In this document: one piece after another, positions 7,906 through 15,238 of the stretch
How the letters are laid out: every line of letters begins with the position of its first letter
How positions within the stretch are numbered: position 1 is the first letter of the stretch
Virus genome (UHGV): UHGV-0106422
Length of the DNA: 15,288 nt
Origin: a virus
Strand: one strand, 5' to 3'
The notes under the pieces: model-generated
What the model was told of the DNA's origin: nothing
What the model saw: the letters and a program-made list of their open reading frames with translations, nothing else
The model's database searches: none
Position numbers and translations under genes: made by a program

Positions 7906-8838
7906 TTAAAGAACCGATTTAACAAGATGGTTTTTACGGTACAGACCTATGCGATCATTGTGAATCTCAGTAGTCTCCACTAAAAGAGAAACAATCTGTC
8001 CGACCTTGTGTTTTTTTTGTATTAAATCTAGCATTTCAATCGGATAGGAAGCCTTTAAATGTTCACCACCAACATCAAGCTCCAGCTTCCCATATTTGGA
8101 TAGAACGACCAGTTCGCCTGTAACCGTTTCAGTAATGGGAGGGGATGAAATGGTTGATGTAAGTCTACTCACCAAGTACTTAATTTTATTGGAGTCAATA
8201 GTTGCCACCTTGGTGCCATTACTAAATGGACCGGTCCAACTTGCATCAAATGTTAAGTTGTGTTTATCGCATTCCTCTACGATTCTCTTAAGGCTTACAG
8301 TGGAATTGTATCCAATTTCAGCGACGTGATTCATGAAGTTGTTGTCGTCATCGCTTAACAACAAATCGAATATGCCTTTTACAGCCTTGCTGGGTACTGT
8401 TTCTACTAATTCTGCTATTCCTGTAGAGAAGGTGACGCCCAATTTTGTAGACCCAGGGGATAAATCAGCCAGCCTGAGGTTTAAGGAGCTTTTCACGTCG
8501 TAGGGAACTTTTTTTGAGTCCTTGCCTGAGGCAATTTTGTGTGTTGCTCTTTGTATTAGCGCTGCAAGATTTGTTGAAATAGCCCCAAGCAGCTCTAAAG
8601 GAATAGAGCCAAAGTCAACCTCAGAGCCTTTCAGCCGCAGCTCAAAAAAATCGATAAGTGGGTGCCGACTATCTTGCTTTAATTTTTCGGCCTTCAAATC
8701 GCTCAGATGAGAATCCATGGAGCGATAAAGAAGCATGTCAGCAAAGGACCTGGTTTTGTTTTGCTTCATTGCATCGACTTCTTTTTGAATGAAATCAATG
8801 CGTTTATCGCAATTTTTAAACATTGATTTATCATTCAT
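7906..8838 (-). CDS. Hypothetical protein (310 aa), distal gene of the cI-linked AT-rich cassette
   Basis: Start ATG overlaps the stop of the upstream gene (ATGA, translational coupling); visibly AT-richer than flanking phage core genes; no recognisable catalytic motif or TM segment by eye. Confidence 0.7.
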   Translation of the reverse strand: MNDKSMFKNCDKRIDFIQKEVDAMKQNKTRSFADMLLYRSMDSHLSDLKAEKLKQDSRHPLIDFFELRLKGSEVDFGSIPLELLGAISTNLAALIQRATHKIASGKDSKKVPYDVKSSLNLRLADLSPGSTKLGVTFSTGIAELVETVPSKAVKGIFDLLLSDDDNNFMNHVAEIGYNSTVSLKRIVEECDKHNLTFDASWTGPFSNGTKVATIDSNKIKYLVSRLTSTISSPPITETVTGELVVLSKYGKLELDVGGEHLKASYPIEMLDLIQKKHKVGQIVSLLVETTEIHNDRIGLYRKNHLVKSVL

Positions 8839-9314
8839 AAAAAAATCCTCACTAACCCTTTCGGGTTTTCACTGCGATCAAAACCAAACCAACCGCGCCA
8901 GTAGCTACGCCAGTACTCATAATCATAGTTAGGGTCATCTAAATTCTTCATGAGTAGTAGGACATCAATTTTGTAGTTTTGTTTGATGTAGTTTCGGTCA
9001 AGCAAATTATCGACGCGGCCCCGAAGCATGACAGGTATTGAGTTTATATTGCTATAGTCACATACCAACAAAATATCAATATCATCAGGCTCTGGTTTAG
9101 ACGTGGTGTATGAACCATCAACCCATATTTCTGTAAAACAGCCATATTGAGCAGATAATTCTCGAATAGATTCGAGTAGCTGTATAAAATTACAGTATAG
9201 CATGCCTCGCCTGGATGATGAAGGAAAGCAATCGACACAATACGATTTTAATCCAGCTTCATCCATGTCATGGAACCCTGGCTCAAACAGGGGTGGGTAA
9301 TTAATTTTATCCAT
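8835..9314 (-). CDS. Small nucleotidyltransferase-fold-like protein (~159 aa from ATG 9314; track shows a GTG-initiated 175 aa form to 9362)
   Basis: Motif ...EIWVDGSYTTSKPEPDDIDILLVCD... fits the minimal Pol-beta-type NTase signature (G-S, about 9 residues, then D-x-D, followed by hydrophobics). AAGG 6 nt upstream of ATG 9314; none before the GTG. AT-rich. Confidence 0.6.
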   Translation of the reverse strand: MDKINYPPLFEPGFHDMDEAGLKSYCVDCFPSSSRRGMLYCNFIQLLESIRELSAQYGCFTEIWVDGSYTTSKPEPDDIDILLVCDYSNINSIPVMLRGRVDNLLDRNYIKQNYKIDVLLLMKNLDDPNYDYEYWRSYWRGWFGFDRSENPKGLVRIFL

Positions 9315-9491
9315 AAAAAACCTTGCTATACATTTGTTTTTTTTTATTAAAAATCTAACCACCGAAATGGTGACGGCAAGATGTTACATGGGGTTACAAT
9401 CAGCCAATACACCGCATTAAATAATTTTTTCACCAGCTATGCGCCGACCAGAACACCTTGCCCATCACCCAAACGTCTCATCAGGCCACCG

Positions 9492-10268
9492 CTACAGCAA
9501 TACCGAGTACCAGAAGAGACGGCCAATTATCTCGACATCATCAATATCAGCCTCTTCGTCTGGGTAGGAGTCGTTGTTGTAACTGCGGATGATCAGCTTC
9601 CCACCTGGCTTACGATACAGCTGTTTAATGCGCTTGAGTTGACCATTCCCGCCATCTGTCTGACCAATGGCATACAGTTTCCCATCAACTATGCGTTTGT
9701 TGTTCGTATCGACGGCTACAGTCGTACCATCCGGTATCACAGGTTCCATGCTGTCGCCAGTAGCAGGGAAACACAGGATGCCAGACCCATCTGTGTTAGC
9801 TCCAACGCGGCGGAGGGTTGCCTTTGAGAACCTGAGCTTAAAACCATTGTGATCTTCGCTGTGTACGCGTCCATCGCCACACGCAAATTCAATATCCTTA
9901 AGAAACGGCACTTCAACCTCGTCAGCAGGAAGCGGTGTGTTTTTATCCCAGGCGTCAACAGTTCCCCATTCAGATTCTGGAGGGATAGATGACTCCCTAC
10001 GCAGTTCAGGTTCGGGATCATTCCTTCCGTATTCAAGCCACTCAGGCCGTACCCCAAGCCAGCGGCTAAGGGCAAGGATATTGGTTTGGTCTGGTATCGC
10101 TGATGCGTTAAGCCATTTCCAGATCCCGGGCTCAGATACAGTAATTCCTTGGGACTTCATAGCCTCTCTGATCCTACCAGCCTGCCCACGACCACCAACG
10201 CCAGCATCAAGCAATGCAGCGCGAAGTCTTTTCGAGAATTCTTCTTTTAAATCGTCTTTTTTAACCAT
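9492..10268 (-). CDS. cI: Phage repressor CI (HTH N-terminal domain plus S24 LexA-like autopeptidase C-terminal domain)
   Basis: C-terminal GDSMEP motif is characteristic of the LexA/CI S24 self-cleaving family; divergent from the cro-like gene across an operator-rich gap. Confidence 0.9.
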   Translation of the reverse strand: MVKKDDLKEEFSKRLRAALLDAGVGGRGQAGRIREAMKSQGITVSEPGIWKWLNASAIPDQTNILALSRWLGVRPEWLEYGRNDPEPELRRESSIPPESEWGTVDAWDKNTPLPADEVEVPFLKDIEFACGDGRVHSEDHNGFKLRFSKATLRRVGANTDGSGILCFPATGDSMEPVIPDGTTVAVDTNNKRIVDGKLYAIGQTDGGNGQLKRIKQLYRKPGGKLIIRSYNNDSYPDEEADIDDVEIIGRLFWYSVLL

Positions 10269-10352
10269 TCGTTAATTATCAATTAGAGTTGACATAACTG
10301 TCAGTTAAGATATAACCTTAACTCGTAGTTAATATAGTTAACGGAAAACACT
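10269..10352. promoter_or_regulatory. Divergent immunity control region (OR-like operators with PR and PRM)
   Basis: Three palindromic sites with TTAACT/AGTTAA half-sites at about 10272-10286, 10295-10307 (TAACTGTCAGTTA) and 10318-10332 (TTAACTCGTAGTTAA), spaced 23 bp centre to centre. PR candidate: -35 TTGACA (10289-10294), 16-bp spacer, -10 TATAAC (10311-10316). On the minus strand GATAAT sits 6 nt before the cI ATG, suggesting a leaderless PRM transcript as in lambda. Confidence 0.7.
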
Positions 10353-10598
10353 ATGAACCCAATGCAATTTGCAATCGAAGCTGTAGGCGGTCAAACCGCT
10401 GCTGCTCGCCTGTGTGGCCTATCGAACGTTGCTATTCACAAGTGGGTGAAGAACGCGGCGCTGCCTCGTACTGAGTACACAGAGAAAACCAACTATTCGC
10501 AGCTTTTGGCTGACGCATCAAATGGGCAGTTTACGGCTGAATGGCTCCGTCAAGCAGCTAACCCTGACCGAATTAAACAAGATTCACATGCCGCCTGA
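10353..10598 (+). CDS. cro: Cro-like HTH regulator (81 aa)
   Basis: First gene rightward of the operators; HTH-like segment (QTAAARLCGLSNVAIHKWVK) typical of Cro/YdaS-type phage regulators. Confidence 0.7.
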   Translation: MNPMQFAIEAVGGQTAAARLCGLSNVAIHKWVKNAALPRTEYTEKTNYSQLLADASNGQFTAEWLRQAANPDRIKQDSHAA

Positions 10599-10606
10599 CC
10601 GGCGGC
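10590..10606 (+). other. GC-rich stem-loop at the cro-cII junction (candidate nutR boxB or tR1-like element)
   Basis: GCCGCC-TGACC-GGCGGC: 6-bp GC stem with 5-nt loop, overlapping the cro stop codon; no U-run follows, so not a classical intrinsic terminator. Confidence 0.3.
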
Positions 10607-10638
10607 CATAACCAATTAAATCAGAGGAATTATCGCAA

Positions 10639-10860
10639 ATGGAGACCTTAACGACACGCAACAAAGCGGAGGCACGACGAATTGAGAGCTGGGTGCAGCG
10701 GCAAATCGCAGATCTTGGGACAACCAGGATCGCCGAAGTAGCTGGCGTGAACAAATCAACCGTAAGCCGGTGGCGGGAGAACCTGGTGCCGAACATGTCG
10801 CTGCTGCTCGCCATCCTGATTTCTAGCAGGGATGGAGTGAAGGGAGATTTTGAAGCATGA
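10639..10860 (+). CDS. cII: Transcriptional activator CII
   Basis: RIESWVQRQIADLGTTRIAEVAGVNKSTVSRWRENLVPNMSLLLAILI parallels recalled lambda CII (ALRIESALLNKIAMLGTEKTAEAVGVDKSQISRWKRDWIPKFSMLLAVL); canonical position after cro. Confidence 0.85.
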   Translation: METLTTRNKAEARRIESWVQRQIADLGTTRIAEVAGVNKSTVSRWRENLVPNMSLLLAILISSRDGVKGDFEA

Positions 10861-10941
10861 ACGCAGAAAGGGCAAAAGCCGCGGTGCTGGAACACCAACG
10901 GCTTTCAGGTGCAAAAACAGTGCGTAATTGCGGAGAACAGT

Positions 10942-11850
10942 ATGTCAAACACCGCTGAAATAATCAATTTCCCAAATAAAACCGAACAACCGGGAGGTCG
11001 TATGGCCGACCTGTCGAACGGGTATACCAAGGTCGCTAACGAGATCCAACAGCTTAAGCCTCGCCTGAGACTGTCAGGCCGGGAATGGCAATGTTTTGAG
11101 GCGGTGATCTGGCTTACCTACGGCTGGAACAAGAAACAGGACCGCGTGACAAATACGGTTATTGCCGAGCTTACGGGCCTGAGCGATACGCATGTATCGG
11201 ACGCGCTTAAGTCTCTCGCAGAACGCAAAATCATCTTTTCACAGAAGCAGGGCATGATGAAAATCGTCGGTGTAAACACTGACCTTTCAGCATGGATTTT
11301 AGACAAACCGGAAACGGGAAGAAAATTCCCGAAAACGGGAAAATCCTTCCCGAAATCAGGAATAACCTTCCCGAAAACGGTAGACACCCAATACAAGAAC
11401 AAGAACAGTATTAAAAGATCTTCGTCCGAGAATTCTGACGAATCCTCTGACGCACGTCTGAAGAAATTTTTATCAACTCATCCTGAAGCTGCGGTCTACA
11501 CACCATCCGGTGCGAAGTGGGGCTCTGCTGAAGACCTCGAGACAGCTAAGTGGATTTCCTCCAGGGTGAAGCTGATTAACCCAACCTGCAAAGCCCCGGA
11601 CATGACCTCCTGGTCTAACACTGTTCGCCTGATGCGCCAGATAGACAACCGGTCGCACCAGGACATCTGCGCGCTGTATGACTGGGCTAGCAAACACCAC
11701 TTCTGGCAGACCAACATCCTGAGTCCCGAAAGCCTGCGTAAGCAGTGGGACAAGCTGACAATGCAGCGTAACGCCGGAGGTGAGCAGCGCGCTGTCAAGC
11801 CAGATCTGGACTTCAACAACACTGACTGGGCCTATGGGGTGATCCGATGA
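10942..11850 (+). CDS. O: Replication initiator protein O
   Basis: From ATG 10942 (GGAGAA RBS): MSNTAEIINFP...LSGREWQCFEAVIWLTYGWNKKQDR... matches the lambda O N-terminal DNA-binding domain (MTNTAKILNF...LTKRQFKVLLAILRKTYGWNKPMDR); lambda-like proline/lysine-rich linker; iterons inside the gene. The track start at 10909 is an unsupported upstream extension. Confidence 0.9.
   Translation: MSNTAEIINFPNKTEQPGGRMADLSNGYTKVANEIQQLKPRLRLSGREWQCFEAVIWLTYGWNKKQDRVTNTVIAELTGLSDTHVSDALKSLAERKIIFSQKQGMMKIVGVNTDLSAWILDKPETGRKFPKTGKSFPKSGITFPKTVDTQYKNKNSIKRSSSENSDESSDARLKKFLSTHPEAAVYTPSGAKWGSAEDLETAKWISSRVKLINPTCKAPDMTSWSNTVRLMRQIDNRSHQDICALYDWASKHHFWQTNILSPESLRKQWDKLTMQRNAGGEQRAVKPDLDFNNTDWAYGVIR
11305..11425. 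repeat. Origin of replication: iteron array plus AT-rich unwinding region inside the O gene
   Basis: Palindromic iterons of the form TTCCCGAAAACGGGAA at about 11308, 11326, 11347 and 11368 (21-bp periodicity), followed by the A/T-rich stretch ACAAGAACAAGAACAGTATTAAAAGATC. Same architecture as ori-lambda within O. Confidence 0.7.
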
Positions 11851-12536
11851 AATCTCTTGCAGAGCAGATGCGTAACCACGACCGCGAGCAGATGAGCCGC
11901 ATGGCCCATAACCTGCCAGAGCAGTACCAGGAGTGCGCGCCGGTCGAGCAGGTGGCGCAGGTATTCAACAAGCTGTTCAACGAGCTGCGCGCCGCGTTCC
12001 CGGCCAGCATGGCGAACTTCCGCACCCAGGAAGACCTGAACGAATTCCGCCGTCAGTGGCTGCTGGCGTTTCAGGAGAACGGGATCCACACCATGGCTCA
12101 GGTCGATGCCGGCATGCGCATTGCCCGCCGCCAGGAGCGCCCATTCCTGCCGTCGCCGGGCCAGTTCGTCGCCTGGTGCAAGCAGAGCGGCGGCGCGCTG
12201 GGCGTCAACGTTGACCAGGTGATCGCCGAATACTGGGACTGGCGTAACCGCTCGTTCGAATTCATCTCCAGCGAGCAATTTCCATGGTCGCAGCCGGTCA
12301 TGTACCACATTTGCGTAGAATTGCGCCACCGCAGCACCGAGCGCCAGTTAACGCATGGTGAACTGGCACGCGAGGCAGGCGATCTGCTGGACATGTGGGA
12401 AAGGCGCGTCACCGAGGGTAAGCCAGTGCCGCCGGTACGCCGGGCTATTGCCGCACCAGCTGCCGAGCAAGGGCCGACGCCGATCCAGCTGCTGCTGGCC
12501 AAGTACAACCGCAACAAGTCGAACGGGATGGTGTGA
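11847..12536 (+). CDS. P: Replication protein P (helicase loader)
   Basis: MKSLAEQMRNHDREQMSRMAHNLPEQY...RPFLPSPGQFVAWCKQ is near-collinear with recalled lambda P (MKNIAAQMVNFDREQMRRIANNMPEQY...RPFLPSPGQFVAWCRE); ATGA overlap with the O stop. Confidence 0.9.
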   Translation: MKSLAEQMRNHDREQMSRMAHNLPEQYQECAPVEQVAQVFNKLFNELRAAFPASMANFRTQEDLNEFRRQWLLAFQENGIHTMAQVDAGMRIARRQERPFLPSPGQFVAWCKQSGGALGVNVDQVIAEYWDWRNRSFEFISSEQFPWSQPVMYHICVELRHRSTERQLTHGELAREAGDLLDMWERRVTEGKPVPPVRRAIAAPAAEQGPTPIQLLLAKYNRNKSNGMV

Positions 12537-12537
12537 C

Positions 12538-12882
12538 ATGAACATAACAATCCGTGAGCAGGTGCTGGCAGCCCTGCGCAACAACCCAGGGTTGAACAAC
12601 GCCAAACTGGCAGGGCTTATCGGCATGGACACCAAAAAGATATCCGGAACGGTGAGCACGCTGCTGGCAGACGGCCTGATCGAGTTCGAAGGCAAGCACG
12701 GACAGCGGCTTTATCGGCTGACCGATTACGGCATGAAATACGCACCAGAAACAATCCCGGCTATGCCGAAGGGAAATTCGAAGCTGGTGCAGCGTACAGA
12801 GGCAAACGTGATCTGCCAGGAGTGCCGCAACAGCGCGGCGATGAAGCGAGTATTGATGGTTTGGGGGAGGGCAGGGGTATGA
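12538..12882 (+). CDS. ren: Ren-like protein (114 aa)
   Basis: C-terminus ICQECRNSAAMKRVLMVWG resembles the recalled lambda Ren C-terminus (FKECRQSAAMKRVLAVYG); sits directly after P as ren does in lambda; ATG 1 nt after the P stop. The track's 12355 start is an out-of-context extension overlapping P. Confidence 0.65.
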   Translation: MNITIREQVLAALRNNPGLNNAKLAGLIGMDTKKISGTVSTLLADGLIEFEGKHGQRLYRLTDYGMKYAPETIPAMPKGNSKLVQRTEANVICQECRNSAAMKRVLMVWGRAGV

Positions 12883-13385
12883 GCAATAAATACGAAGATC
12901 TGATTAAAAGCGCCAGGATGAATGCCGATTGTGGTGAGCACATGTCACCGGCAGAAGTTACGACTCTCCTTAACGTGGTTGAAGCCAAGTGCGCGGCGCT
13001 GGCTGCGGAGTTGAGTGCAATTGAAGCAATTCACAATGACGCGGTGTTCATCACCGATGCTCATTACGATCAATGCCATCCAGAAGTACAGAAGATTATC
13101 GGAGCTCTGGCTGTGCTGCAGATTCCTGCGTACCAGGCTTTCCTGGCTGAAGTGCGGGCGCAAGCCCACAAGGAAGGCGCTCACTTTGTTGCCAACCGAA
13201 TGCTGGCTGCATGGGAGGCTGGGTTTATCGAAGACACAGCGAAGAACGCTGCGGACATCGCACGAATGATACTGACCTCCACAGAGTTTATGGATGATGC
13301 GCCGGAAGGCGATTTCGATCGCTCGTTCGCTGATGGTGTACTCGAAGACATCGCCGCCCAGATTCGCAAGGGGGACGCGCAATGA
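12879..13385 (+). CDS. Hypothetical phage accessory protein (168 aa)
   Basis: ATG at 12879 preceded by GGGGAGGGCAGGGG; ATGA overlap with the ren-like stop; the track's 12822 start overlaps the upstream gene. Confidence 0.6.
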   Translation: MSNKYEDLIKSARMNADCGEHMSPAEVTTLLNVVEAKCAALAAELSAIEAIHNDAVFITDAHYDQCHPEVQKIIGALAVLQIPAYQAFLAEVRAQAHKEGAHFVANRMLAAWEAGFIEDTAKNAADIARMILTSTEFMDDAPEGDFDRSFADGVLEDIAAQIRKGDAQ

Positions 13386-13837
13386 GCAACATCGACAAAC
13401 AGGCGCTGCGCCTAACAGCAGAAAAGGCAAAAGATAACTTCATGCCGAACTTCATGGTACCAACTCGCGATTTACTGGCGCTGCTGGATGAGCTGGAAGC
13501 CGCAGAGAAGCGCATAGCAGAACTGGAGGGGGGCGCATTCAATCCCGCAATTCTTGATGTGGTAGCAGAACGCCAGCGGCAGAAAACCATTGAGGGATGG
13601 ACGCCAGAGCATGACGACGAGCACTGCAACGGCGAACTGGCAATGGCGGCGGTTTGCTACATCAACGAAACCGGAACAGTAAACCGCAATGGTGGCAAGC
13701 CGTGGGGATGGCCGTGGGATGCGTCCTGGTGGAAACCTAAAACCCGTCGTCGCAACCTGGTAAAAGCAGGGGCACTTATTTTGGCGGAAATTGAGCGTTT
13801 AGACCGCGACGCTGGCATTGGCGTGAAGGGGGAGTGA
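13382..13837 (+). CDS. Hypothetical phage accessory protein (151 aa), acidic/His-rich core (TPEHDDEHCNGE) and Trp-rich C-terminus
   Basis: ATGA overlap with the upstream gene; coding-like composition. Function not assignable by eye. Confidence 0.6.
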   Translation: MSNIDKQALRLTAEKAKDNFMPNFMVPTRDLLALLDELEAAEKRIAELEGGAFNPAILDVVAERQRQKTIEGWTPEHDDEHCNGELAMAAVCYINETGTVNRNGGKPWGWPWDASWWKPKTRRRNLVKAGALILAEIERLDRDAGIGVKGE

Positions 13838-13838
13838 G

Positions 13839-14057
13839 GTGACAAAAATATTCCGGAAGAATTATCCACGTCAAAGTCGGGTTAAAGAGGCTCTATTTTT
13901 CCTTCTCTTTCTTATTTTAATGGCTCCAATATCACCGATAGTCCTCATCTGGTTAGCAGGAGAACAGGCAGAAAAAATAGCTGAATGGTATAGCTCCATC
14001 GTATGGGGACCATTTAAAAAAATGCACAACAAATTAAATCCATACAGGGAGGGCTAA
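13839..14057 (+). CDS. Small hydrophobic (putative membrane) protein, 72 aa, GTG start
   Basis: GTG 1 nt after the upstream stop with GAAGGGGGAG RBS; one strongly hydrophobic segment (ALFFLLFLILMAPISPIVLIWLA); AT-rich relative to neighbours. Confidence 0.4.
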   Translation: MTKIFRKNYPRQSRVKEALFFLLFLILMAPISPIVLIWLAGEQAEKIAEWYSSIVWGPFKKMHNKLNPYREG

Positions 14058-14060
14058 CCC

Positions 14061-14906
14061 ATGACCAAACTAACCAAAGAACGCTTGGAAGAAATCGCAG
14101 AGCTTGCAAGAAAGGCGACGTACAAGCCATGTGCAATGCACATGACGAATTTATTGGTAGTATGCGATAGCGAAGTTATCGAGGAAATGGCCCGCCAGTT
14201 GCTTGCAAGCATGGAGCAGGAGCCTGTGTCGTACACCTGTAGTGACGCGTTAGATGATGTTTACTGTGGTAGCGCAGCCATGATGGGGCCCGCTGGCGCT
14301 GTGGGAGAAGTACCACTCTACGCAGCACCACAGTTACCGCAGCCAGCGGTGTTATCAGTGTCTGAGGGCGTGCTTAAAAGCCTCTTACCCGATGTTGAGA
14401 AGTCCGAGTTCTGGTTTGAGCATAATGGGAAAATCTTTTTTGAAGGTGTGAGGTTTAACAATGCGGTATTTGAAGCCTGCCGCGCCGCCATGCTTCAGGC
14501 CGAACCTGTAAGTAATAGTGATGAGTTACCGCTGGACTATCTGCAAGGACACAAAGACGGCCTGGAGTGGGCTGCACAATTGGCAGAAGCCAATCATCCG
14601 CAAACAGGTGACTGGTTGTACGATGACCCAATCGATCTTGCCAGGGCGATTCGCAAAGGTCCGGATATGCCTACTGTTCAGGGTGGCAACTCTCCGGTGA
14701 TTCCTGATGACGTACGCCGCATGGACTGGCTGGTATCGAAAACCGTTGATGTTCGTGAGCCTATGGTTTACGGAAGCCATAGCCTTTTCTGGTCGCAGAC
14801 CATCACGGATGAAGAGGATGATTATCACGCGACTAAATTACGCGAGCAAATCGATGCGGCTATGGCAGCTGAGCAGGCAGCAGCACCGCAGCAGGAGGCC
14901 GAATGA
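14061..14906 (+). CDS. Hypothetical phage accessory protein (281 aa)
   Basis: GGGAGGG RBS before ATG 14061; long ORF with acidic C-terminus; no motif recognised. Confidence 0.65.
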   Translation: MTKLTKERLEEIAELARKATYKPCAMHMTNLLVVCDSEVIEEMARQLLASMEQEPVSYTCSDALDDVYCGSAAMMGPAGAVGEVPLYAAPQLPQPAVLSVSEGVLKSLLPDVEKSEFWFEHNGKIFFEGVRFNNAVFEACRAAMLQAEPVSNSDELPLDYLQGHKDGLEWAAQLAEANHPQTGDWLYDDPIDLARAIRKGPDMPTVQGGNSPVIPDDVRRMDWLVSKTVDVREPMVYGSHSLFWSQTITDEEDDYHATKLREQIDAAMAAEQAAAPQQEAE

Positions 14907-15238
14907 ACGATTTCGTTAAGCGAATTCAGCGTCTTGAGGCGGAGCGTGGTAAGACCATCACCACTGAGGTGGAGCTTGTCTCTTACGTCAAAGAGCGCAG
15001 CACTGGAAGCTCTGAGGCTCGTTACTACGTTAAGCACAGCAACCAAAAGACGGTGCTTGAGCAGGGAATGGTGATAAACAGAGATGGGTTTGGTAATCAT
15101 CAAGCCAGCATCATCATCACTGATTTTCCGGGGCAGAAAACTCCGGAAGACGCGGCGCTCAAACTGGCTGATTGGTTAAAGCGCCTAGGAGAGTCCATCG
15201 AGGCTAATTTCAAAAAGCCAGAGGTGGATGATGCCTAA
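14903..15238 (+). CDS. Hypothetical phage accessory protein (111 aa)
   Basis: ATGA overlap with the upstream gene; clean ORF ending about 50 bp before the window end. Confidence 0.6.
   Translation: MNDFVKRIQRLEAERGKTITTEVELVSYVKERSTGSSEARYYVKHSNQKTVLEQGMVINRDGFGNHQASIIITDFPGQKTPEDAALKLADWLKRLGESIEANFKKPEVDDA

Noticed and set aside
9381-10275. Plus-strand ORFs 9381..9827, 9667..9852 and 9937..10275 plus minus-strand 9737..10075
   Set aside because: All overlap the strongly supported cI repressor frame; shadow ORFs.
10909-10941. The track's earlier start for the O gene
   Set aside because: The ATG at 10942 has a GGAGAA RBS and yields an N-terminus collinear with lambda O; the upstream extension has no support.
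12355-12537. The track's N-terminal extension of the ren-like ORF (start at 12355)
   Set aside because: The extension runs out of frame through the 3' end of P and translates to an Arg/Cys/Trp-rich sequence; the ATG at 12538 immediately after the P stop is the likely start.
11813-12699. Long minus-strand and alternative-frame ORFs (11832..12329, 11933..12214, 12098..12550, 12348..12695, 12445..12699) overlapping P and ren
   Set aside because: The GC-rich composition of this block suppresses stop codons in all frames; the products are Arg/Ala/Pro-rich with no RBS, whereas the plus-strand P and Ren-like frames have recognisable homology.
14518-14919. Overlapping ORFs 14518..14700 (+), 14526..14828 (-) and 14707..14919 (+)
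   Set aside because: They are embedded within or antisense to the longer 14061..14906 ORF, which has an RBS and consistent operon coupling.
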